Assembly: GCA_001643675.2 (NCBI GenBank)
Contig: LSRY02000049.1
Span: forward strand, 124,001 to 188,000
From: Monocercomonoides exilis PA203
Taxonomy: Eukaryota > Protista > Preaxostyla
Direction of reading: 5' to 3'
Length of the DNA stretch: 64,000 nucleotides
The notes beneath the pieces are model-generated. The model was not told the origin of the DNA, ran no database searches, and saw only the letters and a list, made by a program, of their open reading frames with translations. A program made the position numbers and the translations under genes. The stretch's first letter is position 1; each line of letters starts with the position of its first letter. Positions 51,280 to 64,000 of this stretch are shown here, in pieces.

Positions 51280-51397
51280 CTTTTTTTTTGCTTTTTCAAA
51301 TTATGTAACCTACTCTTCAACCATCACTGAGAATGAAAGTGTAGTTTTTCTTTTCTTTCTTTTTTTTTTTTCTTTTCTTTTCTTTCTTTTTTTTTTT
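51246..51397 (+). repeat. Poly(T) low-complexity tracts
   Basis: Long T homopolymers. Confidence 0.8.
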
Positions 51398-51995
51398 ATT
51401 ATTAATTCTGGAGCGAAGACTGAAAATTTATAATAAGTTAGTGATTAAACAAAAACGAAAAATAGATCAATGAAATAAATACAGATATACATCATTTGCC
51501 ATTTTTCAAAAAGAGAAAAATGAAGATGGATAAACGAGAAGAAGTTGAATGCTTTGTTTCAAATTGGAACATCTTTATTTAACATAAAGATCTATTTCTC
51601 TTTGAAATGATTCAGGAAATAATTTATCAATTGAAAAAACAAAATAATTTTGTAATTAATAAAAATCTTGAAAAAAATAAAAGAATAGATTTCCATTTAT
51701 TCCGATCAATTAAAACATTAAGTGAAAAAGAATTTTTATTCGAAAAAAACATAATTATTATTATTTTAAATTTTCAATGAAAAAAAAAATTGTGGAGAAT
51801 ATTTGAATCAGTTATAAGCAATAAAAATTCGTATTTCACTTTTTGTTTTAAGGTGGATAGTGAGGTTGTAATTTTTCTTTTCAGAATACATTCAAAGAGT
51901 TTCATTTCTCTCTTTCAATAAATTGTAAATTTTGGTTTAAATATTTTATCACTTGTTAATTTCTGAAACTGAAAACAATGATGTCACATTCATTC

Positions 51996-52034
<39 letters not shown>

Positions 52035-52182
52035 TAAAATAAAATTAAATATTATATAAATAAAACACTTTCCGCTCCGTTTCTCTTTCTCTTTCTTTTT
52101 TCCTTTACTTGTTTGCAAACATTTGCTGCATTTTTTTTTTCCTTTTTTACAAAATTCAATAAAACGAAACATATTTTCATAT

Positions 52183-53526
52183 TCAACATGCTTCAGATTG
52201 CTGATCTGAGAAAAGTTGAACAAGTGAAAGAAATTGATCGAGAAAAGATGAAATAAAAGATTGAGTTTGTTGAAAAATATCAAATAGAATTTGCGTTGAT
52301 GGTGAATTAATATGAACAACTTTCAAAAGTGTGCTAATATGATGTTGTGCTTGCTGTTTGAGTAAAGTTTTTTCATCAAATTGAGCAGAGTTCGACTTGG
52401 CAAACAAGGTTACGCTATCACGTTTCAAAGGAGGATGAGAATGAAGCAATCGAATTGCATCAGTTTCAGAGCGAAGTGATGACAGTATTGAATGAGTGCC
52501 TTCTGAAGACGATGAATTTAACAAGTTTTCCGAAGCAAATTTTTTGAAAAAAGGCTCTGTGAACTCCAAATTTTGAGGGGAAGGTTCAATGAAACGCAAC
52601 TTTAAATAATAAACATAGCATTTGATTGATCGAAAAAAATAAAAAATACACACTTGAAAATCAGGAGTTTTTGAAACAGAATCCGAAGCAGCTGCTTTGA
52701 CATAAAATTCAAATGGACACTGTTTTTGACCAAAGCTAGCAAAAACACGGAAAATTATTTCAATGACAATCTTATCGAGAGAACATTCAGATTTTTCCAT
52801 GTCCGAATCTTCTAATGATTGTTGCTGCTCATTGTCAACTTGAATAATTGGTGATGACTCTGATGATCTTCTGTAACAACCATCAAGAAGTGACACTCCT
52901 TGAATTGCTTCCCAAAGATTGACAAATATTTCTTCTTTTGATTTTCCAGAAGATTGTTGAAGAATTTCACCAATATTTTTCTCTCCAGTTTGAGTTGTTG
53001 AATTAAATGAACTATCATCGATTTCACTTCGTAAGCGTGCTTCCACTTTTGATAATTCTTGTGATGCTTCATCGCAATCTCCAACCTCAGATTCAATTTC
53101 TTGAAGTTTTATAATATCCTTCATAATATTATCAAGTAATTGAGTCTCTGTACTTTTATCAAAAGTTGGATAACTTCCATCAGAGTTTATTATTTTGTTA
53201 ATTTTTTCCTGTGCTTCTGTTTTTTTAAAAATTAAAATTGAAAGTGAAAAATTTTTTGAAAATTTAAATTACCATCAAATATTCTTGTTGAAGAATCTTC
53301 AGAAAGTAAAAATTCCCAAAGTGCCACCATTAAATCAGAATTTTGTTGCATTTTGATTGATTCATTCAAAGAAAACTAAAATAAATAACACAATTTACAA
53401 TTTTTAAAAATCTATAAATATACAAACAATTGATTCATCTTTGCACATCAACAAATCCTGTGAATCAAATATTTGAAGGTTTCCAATGGATGTCTCCGAT
53501 AAAATATGAGGGAGTTGCTCTGACAT
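52183..53526 (-). CDS. Hypothetical multi-exon helical protein
   Basis: Exons MSEQLPHILSE.., FSLNESIKMQQ.. and long ORF 52183-53124 joined by short AT-rich GT-AG introns; no motif recognised. Confidence 0.55.
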
Positions 53527-53733
53527 CCTTCTCAAATAAAAAATATTTCTATTTTCATCCCAATTTTAATTTTTGAAATAATAATCTCTTTTGATATCTA
53601 TTCTTTATGATGCATATTAATTATTTCTATTTTCTGGTATTGAATTATATTCACGATTATCAATTCTATTGCAATTAAGTTGTTATGGGAAATAATTCTG
53701 TTGATTCGTAAGCAATTTTAACCCTAAATCTTC

Positions 53734-55790
53734 ATGGGAAGTTGCATTGGAAGTCAGTTCTAATTATTTTGCATATATATAATTTTTATCTTTTATAAAA
53801 AAGGTTGCATTGGGTCAGCTGTAGGAGCTGCTTGTATTGGATGTTGCTGTACTTGCAGAAAAAAATCTAAAAGCACAGACCTTTGTATGAATTTACATGC
53901 TTGAATGCATTTGAATATTTTATTTATTTTCTTTATTTGAAAGCTGCTAGGATTGGAACTCTTGTTCTTTTGAGTATCGGATGTGTTCTAATATTAATTG
54001 GTTCCATATGGGTTTGAATGATATCTTTTCGAAAAAATGTCAATTTTTATATTATCTTGTTAATAGGGCTTTCGAATTTTTAATAACAAACCTTTTGGCT
54101 ATGATGTTGGAGGATGCATTGGAACAATTGACCTTTGTTCTGAAAAACTTCTTGTTTTGAGGGTATGTACTTTTTTATCATTCATTGAATATCACCCGTT
54201 GGATCTGTATAGATTGGAATAGCATTAGTTCTAACGTTTTTGTTCTTCTTTCTCATAAGTTTGATAATGTGTTTCACGGCAAATTCTGCATGCTTATCGT
54301 TAAATAATGGATGGTGGGTGTTTAAAGTAATACTGTTTCTTGGAGTTGTCGTTGGGTGCTATTTTATCCCTCCAGTATGATTCCTTTTTATAATAATTAT
54401 GAAAATTAACATTTTGAAAAAAATTACAATAATCATAGAAAGTTGTTTCTGGATTATTCTATGTGATGGTTATCGGAAGTGCAATATTTTTAATTATTCA
54501 AATTGTGCTGCTTATTACCTTCTTTGATGCTTGGAATGAAAGCTGGCGAGATAAAAATTGTCTTGCTGGCTTGACTATCTTCACAATAATAGTAAGCATT
54601 GGATGGATAATCCTGACTGCTTTGACATATGTCTTTTACAACAGTTTGCAAAAAGCAATTCTTGTTTAATAACATTTCTTGCTATTATTTTCATTTGGAA
54701 TTTTTTCAAAAAAATATTTAGAATGCACTCTCGATTTGGTGTTGACATCTGTCGGAGTTGCCTTTGCGATTATCATGATACTCATCACATTCAAAGTGTC
54801 TTCAGCGTCGATATTCACAACGAGCCTTGTGCTGATCTACTGTGCCTGGCTTAACCTGTCCTCGCTGATGGCCAACCCCAACAACGAATGCTTCACATTC
54901 TATGCATATTCCACAAACGACGGCGCAGGCGGAACGGTGATGAAAGTGTTTTCTGTGCTGTTTACGTACATCGCCCTGTGCTTTTCGTCGTTTTCGTACT
55001 CTGGTCAGATGAAAGGGCAGGACAGCCCAAGCGTTTCGAGCAACGAAACAGCGGAATACAAGAATGAAACAGGTGTGGATATTTATTAGAAAGAAAGCAA
55101 TTTTATTCCTCACGATCATTGAGAACGATTGATTTATTTTGCATATTTTAATAACTGCCTTAATGGATCTTAATCTTTATTTTATTTTATTTTATTTTAT
55201 TTTATTTTTTTGTATATAATTCTTGTGATTAATTGTATCTTTTTTTCATCAGATGAGTACAAAAGACCTCGATCCAAAGAAATGGCTGGCAACAAAGACG
55301 ATATTGCGGGAAGCATTTCATCATATTCGTCAATTCGAAGAAGCGATCAGCAGATTCAGTCAAACCCCGTTGCGAATGGCGAGTCAATCATTGCAACCTC
55401 TCAGCCAATGCCTGAATATGCCTCGTCTTCGACTGACGTTTCGGATGAGGACAAAACGAATGTGAAACCTTATGTGTATCCATATTGGAAGATGTACTTA
55501 ATCTACATTTTGGCTTCAATGCACATATCTGTTGTTATCGTTGGCTGGTCGGTTACAGATAGAGAAGCATTGTCAGGCTTATCTGCAGGGTTTGCATCAT
55601 TAAGAAGAATTAACACGAACTATAACATTTACTTTTTAATATAATTATTGGCATTTTTTTTTTCAGAGCAAGCACTGCTGCGATGTGGTCCAAAACTGCT
55701 GCCCATTGGGTTTGCATTTTGCTTTACATTTGGCTTATGATTGCACCAGTTGTGGGCCCGAAACTCTTCCCGAACAGAGTTTGGGAATGA
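53734..55790 (+). CDS. SERINC: Serine incorporator (SERINC/TMS1) membrane protein, multi-exon
   Basis: Cys-rich MG start; NNGWWVFK, YFIP, FLIIQIVLLITFFDAWNESW, Y.YW..IYILASMH, W.K...W....LYIW..IAP...PNR. Confidence 0.88.
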
Positions 55791-56028
55791 AAATGAATCA
55801 TCTCGCATTAAATAAATAAAAACCTTTCTTTAAGCTTTTTTAAAATGATTTTAATTTTTTTAGTATACAGTATTTTGTGTCTTATTTTTTAATTGTTTGA
55901 AAGTTATTTTTTGTTATTTCGAAATGTTTATTTTGATCTTCAACCAATATTATTTCATTTTCTAATACCATTTTTTAAGTTATCGAAAATTATTTGATCA
56001 TATTTTCAAAACTCATTATTAACCAAAT

Positions 56029-57035
56029 ATGGTATGATTTTTTAAATCAGAATTATTGTAAAACTTTTAACATACTTATTTCTATTTCAAAAATATGATT
56101 GACTTTGCGTTTTTTTTACAATGATGTTTAGCTTAAATTGAAAGAATTGGCAGAAAAGAGAAGAAGAGAAAGAGAGAAAGAAGCTGAAGGAGGCGCATCT
56201 TCTAGCGACGATTCAACAAAAAAACGTGCTGTTTCACCTCGATCACTCGTTCTTTCAACAGGTTTTTTTTCCTACCAGTTTTAAATTGAATCAATTTTTG
56301 TTCCAAGATATTAACTCATTACAGTTGCCAACATCATTCAAAATGAGAGTTTGACGCACATTTAAATTATGTATTTTCATTAAATGTTTTGCTTTTGACA
56401 TATTCAGTTCCCAGATCCTTCAAGCATTCGAGAATTAGAATTCATTATCACTCCTGAAGGAGGAATGTGGCAAGGCGGATCTTTTCTATTTCATTTAACT
56501 TTCCCAGCTGTATGCCTTTGGAGTATTTTTTAAAAAAAATTCATGAGAAAATTATGAATTTTTTAATAGAATTATCCTAACTCTCCACCAAAAACAAAAT
56601 GCATGACAAAAATTTATCATCCAAACATTGATTACGATGGAAACGTTTGCTTGAATGTTCTTCGCGATGCTGAATGGACTTCTGCAATGAACATTGAGCA
56701 AGTTGTTTGTGGACTTTCATTTTTGTTCTATGAACCAAATCCAGCTGATCCATTGAACAAAGAAGCAGCAGCTTTGATGGGACGTGACATTGAACTGTTT
56801 AAGAGGAAGATTAAGGATACATATAGAGGCGGATATGTTGATGGGTTTGAGATAATTTGCGAATTTTTAAAAAATTTTATCATTAATTCACTTATTTTTG
56901 TGAAATAAAAAATGTTCTTTATTTATTTTAAGTGTAACTTACGAAAGACAGCCCATTCAGTTTGCAGTTCCATCTTCTGGTGCATCTTCTTCCAGTGTCC
57001 CATCATCGAGTACACAACCAAGCACAAGGAAATAA
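56029..57035 (+). CDS. UBC12: NEDD8-conjugating enzyme Ubc12/UBE2M, 6 exons
   Basis: M|LKLKEL N-terminal docking peptide; YPNSPPKTKCMTKIYHPNIDYDGNVCLNVLR; FLFYEPNPADPLNKEAA; RGGYV. Confidence 0.88.
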
Positions 57036-57198
57036 ATTGTGAATGATTAATAATAAATTATTTATTGAATAACTCGATGCATTAAAATAATTTAAAGATT
57101 TATTGCTATTTTGGCATATCTTTCCCATAGTTATTTTATATAAACTTTTTATTACTCAAAATTTCAGATAATAAAGAAAATTTTGAATTTTTTCTGAA

Positions 57199-58605
57199 AT
57201 GGATGAATTGCATAATAATATAGAAAAGAAGAATGAAGGAATATTTACGGATTTTCATCCATTAAAAGAAAAAAAACATAAAAAGAAAAAGCATCATCAC
57301 AAAGATTCAAAAAGTGAAAAAAAACACAGATCTTCAAAAAATCATAAGAAACGCATGCTTGACGAAGATTCAAAAGAAAGTTCAAGCGATTCGACTGAAG
57401 AAGATGAGAAAATATCAGAAAGAAATAACTCGTCAGATTTGGGCACCGAAAGAAACGAAGACTCGCAAAAAGCACCTAAAACAATCCACGTTCATCACAA
57501 AAAATCACATGCTTCAGAAAAAAATGATGAACAGATGCAAAAAGTGAAGAAAATAAAATATATCGAATACTCAAGCTCCGAATCAGACTCATCAAGCTCT
57601 GATAGTTCTTCAGATGAAACATCGGACAGCACGAAGCAATTGAACCCAGACATGAAATCAGATTCTAAGGCTTCAGATGAACCAACTTCAGCTTTTTTGT
57701 GTACAAAAGGAGAAATAAATAGTGGAGATAAATTAAGACAGATCCATATTTCAGGGATTTCATTCAACACAACTAAGTCATCAATAATTTCTTTTTTGAG
57801 TCAGTTTGGCAAAATAAGGTATGCACTTTTTTTGAGCTTTAATATTGAAAACATATTTTCCAATTCTTTATAATTTTTCGAACATTTTTTCAGTCGGATT
57901 TTTCTTCCAACAAAAGGTGACGGTAGAATGCTCGGTTATTTGTTTTGTGAATATGAAGATGAAAAATCAGTTGATAAAGCTGTTTCTTGCACGGGTCAAA
58001 TTCTTGATGAACGACCATTGAACATATCTCCTCGTCAGCAAAAAGCGCCACCTCCAGCAGTTATTGAAGTTTCGACTCCCGTCGAAGTGCAAGAGAAAAT
58101 CGAATTATCTCCGCTGCCATCACTATCACATCAAACAACAGCAACTCAGCCTCAAACAGCAAAAGGATCTTCGACACTGTACTTGGGGAATCTGCCTTAT
58201 GGAGCATCTGTCGATGCGCTGAAGGAGTTTTTGACTCCAATTTTAGTTGAATGTCCTTTTGTCCGCGTGAGAATCACAACAGAAAAAGACACGGGACGCT
58301 CAAAAGGCTATGGCTACGTAGATTTTGGGACAGTGGAAGAAGCAGAAACTGCATTTCATACACTTTCTGGACAAATATTCAGAGGAAGGGCACTAATAGT
58401 TGATTACACTGAAAGTAGAGAAAACAAACGAGGAACTAAAAAAAGTAACAACGCGTCATTTTCTCAGGGCAATGATCGCCAAAAACAAGCAAACAGCGGT
58501 AAGGAGCCATATAAGCCAAAATTCTTCAAGAAAAACTTCCAAAACGATGAAAATTCTGATGATTCTCGAAAAATTCACTGGAAAGCAAATCCTGAAGATT
58601 TATAA
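57199..58605 (+). CDS. Two-RRM RNA-binding protein with K/S/acidic N-terminus (nucleolin/Nsr1-like), intron 57819-57893
   Basis: RNP2 IHISGI and LYLGNL; RNP1 LGYLFCEY and KGYGYVDF. Confidence 0.8.
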
Positions 58606-58770
58606 GATATTATTTATTTATAAAAAAATATTCACTTCACAATTTTAAATGAAAATAATCAATAAAAGAAACAAAAATTCAATTTTGCATTATATTTTTT
58701 GAGAAAAATTCCCACTATTTTTATTACTATTTTTACATAATTTTTACAACATTTTAAAATTATTGCATAC

Positions 58771-59553
58771 ATGCTACGTCAACAGCCAGCATATGAGATA
58801 GTTTTGTCCTTATTTTGGTTGAGAATAATTACCATATATACATGATAAAGTCAACTCTTCCAGAGATATCTTTTGAAGAAGTTTCAAAGCATTCGACAGA
58901 TTCTGACCTTTGGTTTCCTCTTTTCTTATCAAAATAGTCTTCTTGACTTTCTTCTGTTTTTATGGTCATTTTGTTTATAGGGTTATTGTGAAAGGGATTG
59001 TCCTCGATGTGACAAATTTTAAGCACAGAGCTGGAAGAGCTCCTCTTCTAAAATCAGGTGGAAAAGATATAACAGAATCATTTAGTATGAAGAAGAGTTC
59101 ATAAGAAAATTATCATTTAAACAACTTGCAATTATTTTCTTCTTATCAACAGACAGATATCACGCATATGTAAATTGTGCTTTTTTACCAGGTGTCAAAG
59201 TTGTGGGTAAACTTCAAGGTTGCACATATAAATCAAACTTACTTCATCCTTCTTTACAAATGCCATTTCTTACAGGTGCAGTTACCTCACAATCAACATC
59301 TTCATTTTCATCATCATTGTTTGGTATGCCTATTATTGGTTCAGAGCCTGCTCCATCAATGCCATCTGCTCGCGCCTCTTCATTTCCACATCAGCCTTCT
59401 GTGTTCCAACCCATTTCACCACAACCTTCATCTACAGAAGCAAATACAAAAATGTCCAATTTTTCTTCGCTTTCAAAAGTTGATGAAAAGCCAAAAGAAG
59501 AGAGCACAACAAAACCATCAATCATTTCTCCAACAGACTTAACTTCTTCATAG
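58771..59553 (+). CDS. Soluble cytochrome b5-like heme-binding domain protein, 4 exons
   Basis: Spliced ISFEEVSKH..DLWVIVKGIVLDVTNFKHRAG..GGKDITESFNRYHAYVN..VGKL; introns 58801-58850, 58913-58980, 59085-59152. Confidence 0.78.
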
Positions 59554-59749
59554 AATATTAAATCGACTTCTTTTTTTTTTGTCCATTAAATGTATGTCAA
59601 ATTTCAAATATGTATTATCCACACGACTGCGCATAAGTGAAGGATTATTTTGAAATCAAAGAAGTTGAAAGGCTTTTCTATACAAAAAAAAAAAACAGGA
59701 AAATGAAGATCATTGATGCCTACATAAAATTTTATTTTTGGATAGCTTA

Positions 59750-62298
59750 ATGATTTTATGCTTTATAGAATTGTTTTTAACAGTTTTTTCCTTTGGTTGT
59801 GAAAATATTGCAAACCATTCATTTCCTTCTGATATTAAAAATTGCTTGGAATCAATAATTGTTTGAATAAAGTTGCAATGTGTTTTTTATCTAATTTTTA
59901 CTATGTTAGATCACAGATGACGAAATTAACAATACAGTAGGCCTTACAAATCAATTTCTTGATAGTTATGTTCTTAAAGATTATTCTTTAAACCCACCAC
60001 CAATCTACGAATTAAATAAAGTGAATGTTACAGAACAATTAGAAAATATTTGGAAACCTATCCCTCAAAGAAAATATGAATACTACGAAAGAATAAGAAA
60101 TGCAGTTAAAAAGTTTCACGATCCTTTGACGAACTTTATTCCCCCATGTGCAAGTCTGTTTGTTTATGTTCTTCCAATAAATTTCGAAGCCATACACACC
60201 AATAACCAATCAAATGGAGAACCTTTTATTGTGGCCAAAAAAAACAATAATATGGATGCATTTAGTTATTATTATAGCAGCATTAAGAATGATGTATTTA
60301 TCAATAAAACAATAACAAAAATTTATTTAGATCCAGCTTCAGACAAATCTAACAGCGAAAGCGCTTTTCAGACAATATTTAGTTGGGCTAGAGACCAACG
60401 CTTATCGAGAGAACCATTAAATTCATTAAATCTTGCTCTTTCATATTATTTTTCGAATCGTCCGGGATCTCTTTTTGACATTCCGCTTAATGATAATATT
60501 ATTGTAACATACAAGGATGGATTGGCAGAGAGAAACGTTTCAATACCATTTTATTCGTATATGCTTCAAAATAATACCAAATTAAAAGATTATTGTGCTT
60601 TACGGAATGAAAAAACAGCAATTGACAATCAACATCTCAAGAGAATATCATCATCCCCTCTTCATTCAATCAATTATGAATCAAATAACTTTCATATTCC
60701 TCAACGTCAACAATCACCATTAGCATCTTCAGCTTCCTTCCCACCTAATAAGGTTACTGCAAACGAAGAAAGCAACATTGAACGGTTTGAGGAAGGATCC
60801 ATCAATTCACTGTACTTCAAGAAGGAACATATAGGAATGATTATCATCCGGTCGATGGCCCTTGAAGATTTAAGCGCATACGGGAAGACAATTTTTGACG
60901 GTGTCAATTTCCTGAAGCAGAAGAATGTCAGCAGAGCGATTATTGACATGCGGGGAAACCAGAACGGGAAAGTGGATATGGCGTCGCTCACATTCAAGTT
61001 CTTTTTCCCAGAGGCGTTTCCTTACTTTGGGAAGCTGGACATGGTGAAGACAAACGTTACGAAGGAGCTGACGAAAGTGATGCTCGCAGACTCGTTCACG
61101 ACGTTTGAGGACATCGACAGCTTTGAGCCGATAAAAGACTTGTATGGCGGGAAAACGGTGAAGAAAGAGAATTTAGATACGAATTGGACGCAGCCGTTCT
61201 ACAGGAACACAGAGAAGCTGTTTCTCTTTGGAGACTCGTCCCACAGAAAAGAATGGGAAGGGCATCAGCTGTTTGCGCCGGAGAATCTTGTTGTTGTGAG
61301 CGACGGGACAGCAGACTCTGGGGGAGCAGTGTTTATCAAGCACGTCCGGGAAAAGAAGCTGGCGAAGATGGTGGGGCTGGGGTGGGCAGAGAAAATGAGG
61401 AAGGAAAACAAGATGAGTTCTGCATTTATGAGAATGGAAGCAGCAAATGATGGAAACAGAAATAACAGAGAAATAGACAAGAACGAAGGAAGAAGAGAAG
61501 GAGAAGGAGAAGGACAAGGAAAAGGCGAAGAAGAAGAAGAAAGTGATTATCTGTTTAACTTGGCAATCGGGACAACAGGTGGCCAATTCAGTGCAGAGGC
61601 TATTCAAAGCTGGAGGGAGAATGGAGATGTGATTGTGGATAAAGACAAGCTGCCTGAGGGATATATGCGCAAATCGACTGATTTTCTGTTCTCTGTGCTG
61701 AACATGTGGTCCTTTGACCCGCAAAACAGTGAGCCCAAAATACTTGACTATGATTACCTGCCACCTGACGAGGCCATCAGCATCTTCCCGTCCAGCGAGC
61801 AATATTCTGAAGAGAGCCTGCAGAAGCTTGTTGACGCCATCGTCGAAAGGGGTGTGTTTGAGAAGTGCTACGAATGGCAGGTGCTTCCGGATGCAGATTG
61901 CGCTGCGCCGGATGGGAAGGAGAATGAGCTGTGGGGAAGGCCCTGTGTGAATGGAGCGTTTGACAAAGGGAGCTGCAAGTTCAGCAGGTGCAAGCGAGGG
62001 TATTATCTGAAGGACGGAAGCACGTGCACGGAGATTCCTCATTGGGAGTATGCAGAGAAACAGAAACAGAATCCTGAGGGCAAAAAGCACAACTACACGA
62101 TGCTTTTTGTTATTCTTGGTTCGAGCATTGCTTTGATATGTGTGGTGGCGGTGGGAGTGTGTCTGCTTGTTCGGCTGAAGCGGAAGAGAGCGCCGGCAGC
62201 CAACAAAAGTGTGTCTGAACAGGATGACATGTGGGACGAAGACTCAGAAGATGAGGAGCATCCGAGAGACAATTCGAGAGAGTCCAGATGGGATGGCA

Positions 62299-62330
<32 letters not shown>

Positions 62331-63073
62331 AGCAATGGATTTAATGATGATGATGATTACGATGATTACGATGATGATGATGATGATGCATACACACACA
62401 ACTACAGTGGAGAAGATGGGAATGCTGGGTATGACAGCGAGGGCATTGAGCTCCACCGGCGGAAGGGGAAGAAGAGGAGGAGGGTGACTGTGAGAGACCA
62501 GACAACAAATAGAGAGCGAATGAACGAGGCAGCATTCAGAACAAAGGGAAACATGAGTGGGAAGAAGAAGAAGAAGAAGAAGAAAAAGAAGAAGAATAAC
62601 ACTAACACTAACACTAACAATAGTAATAGAGTAGGCATACAGCCATTGCTGAAGGAAGGCACTGTGAAGAAGAGTGGGGCAGCTGGCAATGTTCTGCTTG
62701 CAGCTGATGGGATTGACACACAGCGAGTGATTGGCCTTACTCAGATTGCTTACAGCTTACCCGCATCTTCTTTGTCTGACTTGCAGTCTCTCTCTAATTT
62801 CTCTGCTTCTTCTGCTGTTTCTTCTCCTTCTCCTTCTTCTGCCACTCGACGCTCTCTTTCTCCTTCGTCTTCTGTTTCAGCTGGATCTTCCCTTTCCACT
62901 TCACATAACACAACTTTGTCTTCCTCTTCTCCCTCTTCTCCCTCTTCTTCTTCTTCTTCTTCTGTTTCCACATCGTGTGATGCGTCTGCTCTTTCCTCTC
63001 TCAACACACAAAACATGACATTCAGAACAATCACAACTGAAAGCGGAAAGCAGGTTGTTGTTGCAACAATTAT

Positions 63074-63105
<32 letters not shown>

Positions 63106-63173
63106 TAACAGTTGCACAGGAAAGTTCAAATAAAGAAGAAGTCGCTTCAACTACTCCTATCTCTGTTGAATGA
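59750..63173 (+). CDS. Type I membrane protein with peptidase S41-like (tail-specific protease) domain, Cys-rich juxtamembrane region and low-complexity tail
   Basis: Signal peptide; IIDMRGNQNG and VVVSDGTADSGGAVF resemble S41 DLR.N.GG and catalytic-Ser motifs; C..GYY Cys cluster; TM YTMLFVILGSSIALICVVAVGVCLLV; intron 59861-59909. Confidence 0.65.
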
Positions 63174-63419
63174 TGATGTACAAATGCGTTAATGCATTGC
63201 TATTTTTTGTTCAGCTTATTAATTTTTATATTTTGTTGTTATATATTTTTATGTTTCACAAAATATTATTTTTTTCAAAATTTTCTTTATAAAATTTAAT
63301 TTTTTAAATAGATATATTTTAATTTTTAAAAATTATAATTAAAAATTTTAAGTAGGAATGATTTAATTTTTCGATTCGAATAAAGGTTTATATCCCATTT
63401 TTAAAAGGGATCCAAAATA

Positions 63420-64000
63420 ATGTTGATTCTTCTTGACACTCCGGCAGGCTTTGGGCTTTACCAAATCGATGACAAAACGCAAATACAACAATTAAATGCT
63501 TCAAATATTAGTTCATTGTATGTAGAAATAAATTACAATTTTTATAACATAAATTTTTAAATGAAGATCAAAATTTGTCGGGTTCACCAAATTTGAGAAT
63601 ATGAACGATGCCCTTAGCGCAGCTACACACATCACAGAAGGTAAGCTGCCTTCACAATTGAAAAAGTTTTTGGAAGTTGAAGTGAAACAACATCATCTTA
63701 CTGGAGATCTTGGAGTTGCAGATCTTAGAATTGGAAGTGCAATAAAAAAGAAACTTGAAATCAACTGCGTTTTTGATAATGACTTGCTAGAGCTTATGAA
63801 GCTACTGAGAGGAGAGTTGGAAAAAGTTGTAAGTTCAGATGATCTGCGCAAAATGTCAATTGGTTTATCCCATTCCCTTTCCAGATTCAAGTTGAAGTTC
63901 TCACCAGAAAAAATTGATGTGATGATTGTGCAAGCTGTTGGTTTGCTTTATTAATCAAATTGCAATGTGGACAAAACTTCAAAATCTTCAAAAAATTGAA
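63420..64000 (+). CDS. NOP58: Nucleolar protein 58 (C/D snoRNP), 5' part, runs off the window
   Basis: MLILLDTPAGFGLY, LGVADLRIGSAI, MSIGLSHSLSRFKLKFSPEKIDVMIVQA. Confidence 0.9.

Noticed and set aside
50330-52180. Genes or retroposon tails in the poly-T/poly-A region
   Set aside because: Only short Phe/Lys-rich ORFs from homopolymers; no TSD or element body recognised

Overview
AT-rich, intron-dense eukaryotic genomic DNA using the standard genetic code. Introns are short (mostly about 45-140 nt), often with GTTTG/GTATG donors, and proteins carry extreme poly-Ser low-complexity tracts. This resembles an oxymonad/metamonad protist such as Monocercomonoides (inference only). The first 12 kb is a DNA-transposon cluster: an intact pogo/Fot-type DD35D element (11-2050), a non-autonomous element with 358-bp TIRs and an 8-bp TSD carrying host-gene fragments (2317-6020), a Tigger-like MITE (6896-7322) and a second, stop-disrupted pogo element (9104-11302). 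A dense block of housekeeping genes follows: PDCD2L/TSR4-like, DDI1, a giant ~3640-aa type II phosphatidylserine decarboxylase, WDR89-like, Nup98-Nup96 and Rab1. Next is an 8.3-kb hAT element (42025-50322) with an intact 4-exon transposase and ~5 kb of captured host-gene fragments, including a CFAP65-like piece. The window ends with SERINC, UBC12, a 2-RRM protein, a cytochrome b5-like protein, a membrane-anchored S41-like peptidase and the start of NOP58. The strongest novelty candidate is Pack-TE-style capture and shuffling of host genes by two unrelated DNA-transposon types. All calls were made by eye; no database searches were run.
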